Position numbers and translations under genes: made by a program. A stretch of DNA of 64,000 nucleotides from an uncultured virus (IMG/VR IMGVR_UViG_3300048836_000416). Lineage: Duplodnaviria; Heunggongvirae; Uroviricota; Caudoviricetes. Each line of letters starts with the position of its first letter. The stretch's first letter is position 1. The notes under the pieces were generated by a model. The model ran no database searches. It was not told the origin of the DNA and saw only the letters and a list, made by a program, of their open reading frames with translations. The stretch is taken from the IMG/VR virus record IMGVR_UViG_3300048836_000416; one strand, 5' to 3'. Below are positions 58,032 to 64,000 of this stretch, in pieces.

Positions 58032-60104
58032 ATGCCTAAACTATATACCGCCACATATGAGACTAATCTCCGGGTCGAGAACGTAAATACCGAGATACTG
58101 ATCCTGCTTCCGGATATGCCACCGGAAAGCGAGATGTATAATTACGGGCTACCCGAAGAAGATCAAGTATGGAAGGCGGTAAAAATCCCACCTGATTATC
58201 GCAGATGGCCATGGCAAAAGAAAAAGGAATGGGCGGATGAAATGTGGCACCGCCGATGGAATGGGGAGTGGTGGCTGATCAAAGGTAAACCGGTCTACCT
58301 TACCGGGACCGCGTTTCTGTTTTTCAACTTCTGGAAACTCAGCAAGTCGAAACTGCCTGACTTCAAGATGCAGTGCGTGTGGTGGTTCCAGGTGATGCGC
58401 CACGTCGAACTGGATATTAATGTGTTTGGCTGCATGGAGATAAAGCCTCGTCGCGCACATGCCACTGAGATGTCTCTGTGCTGGATGTGGGACACGGTGA
58501 CAAAGTATCGGGACTCCAAGGGCGGGATAATGTCAAAAGCCGATGACGAGGCAGAGAGCGCGTTTGACAGGCTTGTATTCAGCGCAATGGAGATGCACCC
58601 CATCTTCAAGCCAAAGAACACCGGCTCTGACCGGCCGCAGGCTCAGATCGAATACCAGTACCCGGCCAGGAAGATCGGAACAAGGAATGTGAACGAGGTC
58701 CACGAAGATCACGACACCCCGGCGCTCCATTCAAAGATATGGTTTGAGCCCACCGTGGAAGGAAAGTTCGACGGCGAGAAAATGCGGGCGCTTGTGTTTG
58801 ACGAACTTGGGAAGATCAAAGTATCGAAGATGAACGTCAAGTATCAGTGGGGCATTATGCGCGAATGTTTGTCATTGGACGTGATGACCAATATCATTGG
58901 CAAGGCCATCCTCCCGTCCACCATCGAGGAGATGGATGATGGCAAGTCGATTGCGATTGTTCAAGACTTCTGGGATGAATCAAACCCGAAGCGGTTGGAT
59001 AAAGTAGGGAGAACTCAGTCCGGGCTGATCAGGATGTTCCGCTCGTATTGGCAGATAGCCAAGCCTGATAAGTGGGGATACCCGGATGCAGATGATGCTC
59101 GCCGGGTCCGAAACGCCCAATTGCAGGCGCTTGAGGAAGCCGGGAAACACGAAGAAGCGGCCGACCTTCGGCGTAAATTTCCAGAGACAGTAGAAGAAGC
59201 CCTGGCGCCACCGGCCACCGAAGCCTCTATTCCGACCGAGTTAATTGACAAGGCCAGGAAATATTTGGAAGAGGCTCCAAAGAATCTTTCTACCCGGGCG
59301 ATTCAAGGGACCCTGCATTGGCAAGGCGGCGAGTTTGGCGGTAATGTAATGTGGACCCCGGACCCTAACGGCAAGTGGTTCATATCACGACACCCAGACA
59401 AGCCAAATAACCGGATCATATTACAGAACAACAAAGCGGCCCCAGGAAACACCGGCGAGTTTGCGATGGGCGCCGACCCAATTGACTCTGTGAAGCCAAG
59501 GAAGGGCGGATCGGATGGCGCTTTTTGTGTAGGGATTATGCACGACTTTGTGCGTGACGCTGATATGCAGTTCGATGCCGACGACGTATTGCTTGACCAC
59601 GGAATGTACACAGATGCTTGCGCCTGCGACTACGCCTCCAGGCCGAAGATGCCGGAGGAGTTTTACGAGGACGCCTTGATGACTGCCATTTACTTTGGGT
59701 GCCAGATGCTTGTCGAGACAAACAAACCCGGCTTGGTGAACTGGGGATTTGAGAAAGGCTTCGGCGCGTACTTCTCTCAGAAACCGGTCAATGCCGACGT
59801 GAAGTGGATGTCTCGAATGAGAAGCGACACCATAGGAATCAGCGCCGTTGGGGCGACTATTGACAACTACTACCGGCATTTGAAGTCCCACGTAATTCGC
59901 CGCTGGCGGAACTACACTCACCCGAGACTGTTGGCAGACCTAAGGAAGTTGACGCCGGATAACCGTACGGAGCGAGATTTATCTGTAGCCTGGGGATGGT
60001 GCCTGACCTTGATGTATGGCCTTGCGCTCAAGAAGAAGCGCGACCGATCCAAGCCCGATATAGGCGCCTCAAGGAAATCATTTCCGCTGTCTACGTATAA
60101 GTAG
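58032..60104 (+). CDS. terL: Terminase large subunit
   Basis: KPRRAHAT Walker-A variant, VFDELGK Walker B, GADPID, VETNKPG, DLSVAWG. Confidence 0.9.
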   Translation: MPKLYTATYETNLRVENVNTEILILLPDMPPESEMYNYGLPEEDQVWKAVKIPPDYRRWPWQKKKEWADEMWHRRWNGEWWLIKGKPVYLTGTAFLFFNFWKLSKSKLPDFKMQCVWWFQVMRHVELDINVFGCMEIKPRRAHATEMSLCWMWDTVTKYRDSKGGIMSKADDEAESAFDRLVFSAMEMHPIFKPKNTGSDRPQAQIEYQYPARKIGTRNVNEVHEDHDTPALHSKIWFEPTVEGKFDGEKMRALVFDELGKIKVSKMNVKYQWGIMRECLSLDVMTNIIGKAILPSTIEEMDDGKSIAIVQDFWDESNPKRLDKVGRTQSGLIRMFRSYWQIAKPDKWGYPDADDARRVRNAQLQALEEAGKHEEAADLRRKFPETVEEALAPPATEASIPTELIDKARKYLEEAPKNLSTRAIQGTLHWQGGEFGGNVMWTPDPNGKWFISRHPDKPNNRIILQNNKAAPGNTGEFAMGADPIDSVKPRKGGSDGAFCVGIMHDFVRDADMQFDADDVLLDHGMYTDACACDYASRPKMPEEFYEDALMTAIYFGCQMLVETNKPGLVNWGFEKGFGAYFSQKPVNADVKWMSRMRSDTIGISAVGATIDNYYRHLKSHVIRRWRNYTHPRLLADLRKLTPDNRTERDLSVAWGWCLTLMYGLALKKKRDRSKPDIGASRKSFPLSTYK

Positions 60105-60576
60105 CCTCGAACTCTTTCGAGATCATATTCTTGAACACCTCGGCTTCGAGTTGGTTCTTGATTACGTGCCGGTGACTGACACCATGGCAGTTGTACCTCA
60201 CAATATACTTGCCGCCGCCGAAATACATTATCCCTTCCGTTCTTGTCTTGCGCTCGGTGTTCATCTTGCGAACGAAATTCTCCTTTGGCGTTATCCAGGA
60301 TAAGTTCGACAACTCAAGGTTCGTTTCGGACCCATCAACGGTCGCCGCAATGAGTTGGCCGGCAGGCTTTTGTAAAAACTGTTCGGCAATAATTTTCTTG
60401 AGAAGGGATACCCGGCCTTGCTTGGTTGTGATCTTAACCTGGCTGTATTCGTACTCCATTGAGAGCATTTTCTCCCATCCAAATCCATATTTATGATGGG
60501 CATTTAGCCACTTAGATGCAAAATCGTCTACCGATACCACACAATTTGTGGTGGAAACTGGTATTTTTACGACCAT
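60091..60576 (-). CDS. Degenerate HNH homing-endonuclease-like protein
   Basis: VDD N-terminus, L.K.IAEQFL.KP, ATVDGSETNLELSNLSWITPKEN (HNH scaffold without His), AP2-like tail. Confidence 0.6.
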   Translation of the reverse strand: MVVKIPVSTTNCVVSVDDFASKWLNAHHKYGFGWEKMLSMEYEYSQVKITTKQGRVSLLKKIIAEQFLQKPAGQLIAATVDGSETNLELSNLSWITPKENFVRKMNTERKTRTEGIMYFGGGKYIVRYNCHGVSHRHVIKNQLEAEVFKNMISKEFEATYT

Positions 60577-60591
60577 GTTAAAACTTTTTTG

Positions 60592-60621
60592 CAAAGTTAT
60601 TGCCAATTTGGCATAACTTTG
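60592..60621. promoter_or_regulatory. Palindrome carrying two outward-facing TAACTTTG boxes
   Basis: CAAAGTTA-T-TGCCAA-T-TTGGCA-TAACTTTG. Confidence 0.65.
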
Positions 60622-60637
60622 GGGCGAATATTTCCGT

Positions 60638-62968
60638 ATGGCAGTAAAAGATTTTCTCCCACCGCAGAACTCTGCGACGCAGCCCTCGGCTATTGTGCCG
60701 GAGGTCATGGATAATGCGTGGTTTTTGCAGTGGGCAAAGTGGATGTATGGCCGGTGGAGGGGCAATGGGTGTATGGTTAATTACGATGGCCGGCCGCACA
60801 ACTCGGAAGAAACAATCGAGCAATTAAGAGCCTACGGAAGAGGTCGCCAGGATGTCCGCAAGTACCGCCAGATACTTGACAAGGAAATCAAACTGGATGA
60901 CAACCAGTCAGCAATGCTCCTGAATATCTCCTGGCGCCTTCCGCAAGTGTTTCCTACTTACCGGGAAAGAATCATTGACCGGTTGATGGAGATGCGGTAC
61001 GAGCCGGCAGTTGTCGCCATCGACGAACCATCCATCAAGAAAAAAGACTTGATGTATCTGCGCGACACTATCGCCGCCTCCCCTGGTGGCCGGCAGATGA
61101 TCCAGAACGCAGGAATTACGCCAACCAATATCACCGACAATGCGTTGGTGATGGACGAGATTGAACTCGAACAATACAAGGCCCTCGGCGGCTACCAGTT
61201 AGCCGCAGAAATAGCACTGTCGGAAGCCGTCATGGCGACCGTTGATTTGTGCAAATTATTCCCTTCGGTTTATCGGCAGACGCTTGAGGATTTATTCGAC
61301 CTAGGCCATGCCCACATGGAGATTCGCCATAACCCCGGCGACCGGATGCAAAGTGTAGAATACATCGACCCAGAGTATGCGGTTGTCCCGAATAGCCAGT
61401 ATGATGACGGCCGGGACATTACTTGGGGCGGATACCTTCGCCCTACCACAATCCAGGCAGTACGCATGGAGAGTGGGTTTGGTGAAGCGCAAATGGCCCA
61501 GATTGCCAAGGCTTATGGCACCAGAATGGGCAACGAGAAATACGCTGGGATGGGCAATGGGTATGGCGAACGCGCTCAGTTCTCCTCTGGCGGACAGGTA
61601 TGGGACCCGTTTGAGTGCATGGTATTTACTGGGTACTTTGTAGCATCGAAAGTTGAATCCCACATTGTTGGCGTTCACGACTCCGGTTCCCGGGTGATGA
61701 CGCCAGTAAAGTATGGCACCCAGATTTCCGAGCAATCAAAGAAGAAGGGCTTTTCTGTAAACAACGCTGCCATCCAGTGTGTATATAAATTCAACTGGGT
61801 CATAGGCACCGATATCGTTTACTCCTGCGGCGAAGATTCGGTTGTTACCCGCGACGGAGTTCCCGGCGCCATGAAAGCGCTTATCCCTATCGTTACATTC
61901 AGAACAAGCAAAATGTCTGTCACCGAATCCTGCTTGGGAGTTATCGACGACATTGCTATCAATGTATTCAAGAAGCGGCACATTATTTCAAAGATGCCAC
62001 CGGCGCCAAATATTCAGGTTGACCCGGCAGCGCTGGAGAATGTGACCCACCTGGGGAACATGCGCTTGATGCCGCAGGACCTTCTTGACATCTATACGGT
62101 CAGGGGCATCCTGTTTGCCACCTCTGCCAAGGACTACGACGACTCCTTCCCGGGGCAAGCGTCACCGCCGAGAGTTATTACAGAACTTCCTAATACGACA
62201 CTTGACCAACTCCGGACTATTCAGATTGATCTGGAGATGTCGATGCAGCAATTGATGGCCATCACTGGCACCAATGAGATTGCTGACGGCTTGGCGAATC
62301 CGACCAATGTAGTATCAGGAGTTGCGGACATCGCATCGAAAGCGTCGAACCGGGCCCTGTCCTGGCTGTACACCGCGAACGAATCAATTCAGACGAACAT
62401 ATACACATTACTTGCCAAGCGTTACCAGGCGATAGCAAGCAAAGGCGAAATGAGTATCAAGTGGCTACCTATTGGCCTTGATACTGTTCGCGTGGTTACG
62501 CTTAACCCTGAGGTGTCATTATCTGACTTCATGGTGATGATCAAGCCCGGTATCGATGGCCTTGCCAAGCAGGCGCTTATCAACAGCGTCACGACATATA
62601 AGCAAGGTGGCCAGATATCGCCGGCCGACGAGATGGCCGTGATCAACATGATCGCCAGGGCCCAATACAAAAAGGCCCAGTTCTACTTGAGTACGGCAGT
62701 GGCTCGGAAGATGAAGCAGGACGCGATGATAAGCCAGGCGAACTCTCAGGCACAGGCACAGGCCCAAGGACAGGCCGGCGTCGCGGTGGAGCAAGCCAAG
62801 CAGCAGGCGGAGGCGATGCGGATCAATGGTGAGAAAGAATTATTGACCCTCGAATATCAACTCAAGAATAATTTTGCTGACCTCGATGCGGATCGGAAGA
62901 TTCGGATTGCGGCTGCAACGAAAGCAACAGATACCTTAATTCAAAATGCCACGGAAGTGGCTGCTTAA
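60638..62968 (+). CDS. Portal protein
   Basis: 776 aa after terL; LRAYGRGRQ...LLNISW, AIDE.S, YIDP, ITG.NE..DG and a Q-rich barrel tail as in crAss-like portals. Confidence 0.85.
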   Translation: MAVKDFLPPQNSATQPSAIVPEVMDNAWFLQWAKWMYGRWRGNGCMVNYDGRPHNSEETIEQLRAYGRGRQDVRKYRQILDKEIKLDDNQSAMLLNISWRLPQVFPTYRERIIDRLMEMRYEPAVVAIDEPSIKKKDLMYLRDTIAASPGGRQMIQNAGITPTNITDNALVMDEIELEQYKALGGYQLAAEIALSEAVMATVDLCKLFPSVYRQTLEDLFDLGHAHMEIRHNPGDRMQSVEYIDPEYAVVPNSQYDDGRDITWGGYLRPTTIQAVRMESGFGEAQMAQIAKAYGTRMGNEKYAGMGNGYGERAQFSSGGQVWDPFECMVFTGYFVASKVESHIVGVHDSGSRVMTPVKYGTQISEQSKKKGFSVNNAAIQCVYKFNWVIGTDIVYSCGEDSVVTRDGVPGAMKALIPIVTFRTSKMSVTESCLGVIDDIAINVFKKRHIISKMPPAPNIQVDPAALENVTHLGNMRLMPQDLLDIYTVRGILFATSAKDYDDSFPGQASPPRVITELPNTTLDQLRTIQIDLEMSMQQLMAITGTNEIADGLANPTNVVSGVADIASKASNRALSWLYTANESIQTNIYTLLAKRYQAIASKGEMSIKWLPIGLDTVRVVTLNPEVSLSDFMVMIKPGIDGLAKQALINSVTTYKQGGQISPADEMAVINMIARAQYKKAQFYLSTAVARKMKQDAMISQANSQAQAQAQGQAGVAVEQAKQQAEAMRINGEKELLTLEYQLKNNFADLDADRKIRIAAATKATDTLIQNATEVAA

Positions 62969-62971
62969 CGT

Positions 62972-64000
62972 ATGGAAGAAAACTTAGATCAAAACTTAGC
63001 CGCTGCCCAGGTAGGGCCGGATACTCTAATCAATGCAGTTCTTGGCAACAAGGCTCCCGAGTTGGGAAACCAAGCGCCACCTCCTGCGGCGGTAGAAAAA
63101 TACGGTGATATCCCGGTAACGGATTTTATGCCCGCATTCAAGGCGGCAACAGGATTTGAAACTATTGACGAGGTTATAGGACTTCGTGAACAGATTGCAC
63201 AAGCAGAACAGTGGAAGGCGAAGGCTGCCGAGTTGGAAGCCAAAGTAACCTCCGCCCCTGGATTTGCAAGTCCGTTCGTGGAAAAACTTAACGCAGTTGT
63301 AGCCTCTGGCGCTGATCACGCCAAACTCAACGCCTGGTGGTCGCTGGCCAACACCGACTTGTCGCAGAAAAGCGACATCGAAGTATTGGTAATGCAAAAA
63401 CAATTGCAGCACCCGAGCATGTCCCCGGATATGCTAAAAGCCTACGTTCTTTCAGAGATGGGTATCGAAGCCGATGGCGAAATAGACCTCGCCTCTTTGC
63501 CGGCCCACAAGGTTGCCAAACTTCAAATTGACGCTGCTGGAGCCCGCGCCGCACTTGACGCCGAGAAGGCGAAGATTGAAACGGTGAGTGCCCCGCAAGC
63601 CCAAGTTGATACCGGAGCCGCTGAAATGAAGAAAGTAGAGTCGCAGCAATCTGTGAACTTCTGGGGCCAGTTCCTCGGAGCCGTACCTGCGGTGATCCCT
63701 TTCAGTATCGAAGATGCGGAAAAGGGTATTCCAAAGTACGACTTCTCTTTTAACCCAAAACCAGAGGCCATCGCAGGCGTGAAAAACGAAATCCTCGCGG
63801 CCATTGCACAGAATCCAAACTTGTTCCCTAAAACAGAGGAAGGGGCCCGGCAATTGCAGGACACCTTTAACCAAATGTTGCAGGCAAGGAGTATGGCAGA
63901 TTTCCAGCGGGCTATGTTCCTGGATGTCTACAACGCAATGAAGCAGGAGTTTGTCGCCAAAAACGCAGGCCAAATTCCAACTCAAACCACACAACCTCAA
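62972..64000 (+). CDS. Putative scaffold protein, 3'-truncated (absent from the ORF track)
   Basis: ATG at 62972 (MEENLDQNLAAAQ); frame appears open to the window end; acidic and helical; follows the portal. Confidence 0.65.
   Translation, partial: MEENLDQNLAAAQVGPDTLINAVLGNKAPELGNQAPPPAAVEKYGDIPVTDFMPAFKAATGFETIDEVIGLREQIAQAEQWKAKAAELEAKVTSAPGFASPFVEKLNAVVASGADHAKLNAWWSLANTDLSQKSDIEVLVMQKQLQHPSMSPDMLKAYVLSEMGIEADGEIDLASLPAHKVAKLQIDAAGARAALDAEKAKIETVSAPQAQVDTGAAEMKKVESQQSVNFWGQFLGAVPAVIPFSIEDAEKGIPKYDFSFNPKPEAIAGVKNEILAAIAQNPNLFPKTEEGARQLQDTFNQMLQARSMADFQRAMFLDVYNAMKQEFVAKNAGQIPTQTTQPQ

Noticed and set aside
1..64000. Stop-codon reassignment as in some crAss-like phages
   Set aside because: Long genes are intact in code 11, and TGA/TAG end genes at normal overlaps.

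Overview
A 64-kb slice of a large tailed (podovirus-like) dsDNA phage that very probably infects Bacteroidota. The host call rests on TAnnTTTG -7 promoters, no Shine-Dalgarno sites, A|Q signal peptides and a crAss/Cellulophaga-phage-like virion gene set. Order: AT-rich tail fibre (5'-truncated), tail nozzle, three putative ejection proteins including a 2599-aa polyvalent protein, holin-like gene and endolysin; a replication/recombination block (DnaQ, primase-helicase, tyrosine recombinase, MazG, HU; clamp and SSB-like gene on the minus strand); a minus-strand cluster of small early-type genes; a 1.1-kb divergent control region near 44.7-45.8 kb; then NinG, a C5 DNA methyltransferase, a GroEL/GroES module, terminase, portal and a probable scaffold (3'-truncated). 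No DNA polymerase, CRISPR array or reverse transcriptase was recognised. Main unexplained signals: (1) an integron-like single-gene cassette at 32590-33040 between two attC-like hairpins whose core sites match crosswise, as expected after site-specific insertion, in a phage that encodes a non-IntI tyrosine recombinase; (2) a nested +1-frame ORF inside the methyltransferase; (3) two covarying copies of a three-way-junction motif in the early operon; (4) tRNA-like elements, one inside a GroEL/Acb2-like/GroES/double-GroES operon. All family calls come from motif recognition by eye; no searches were run.
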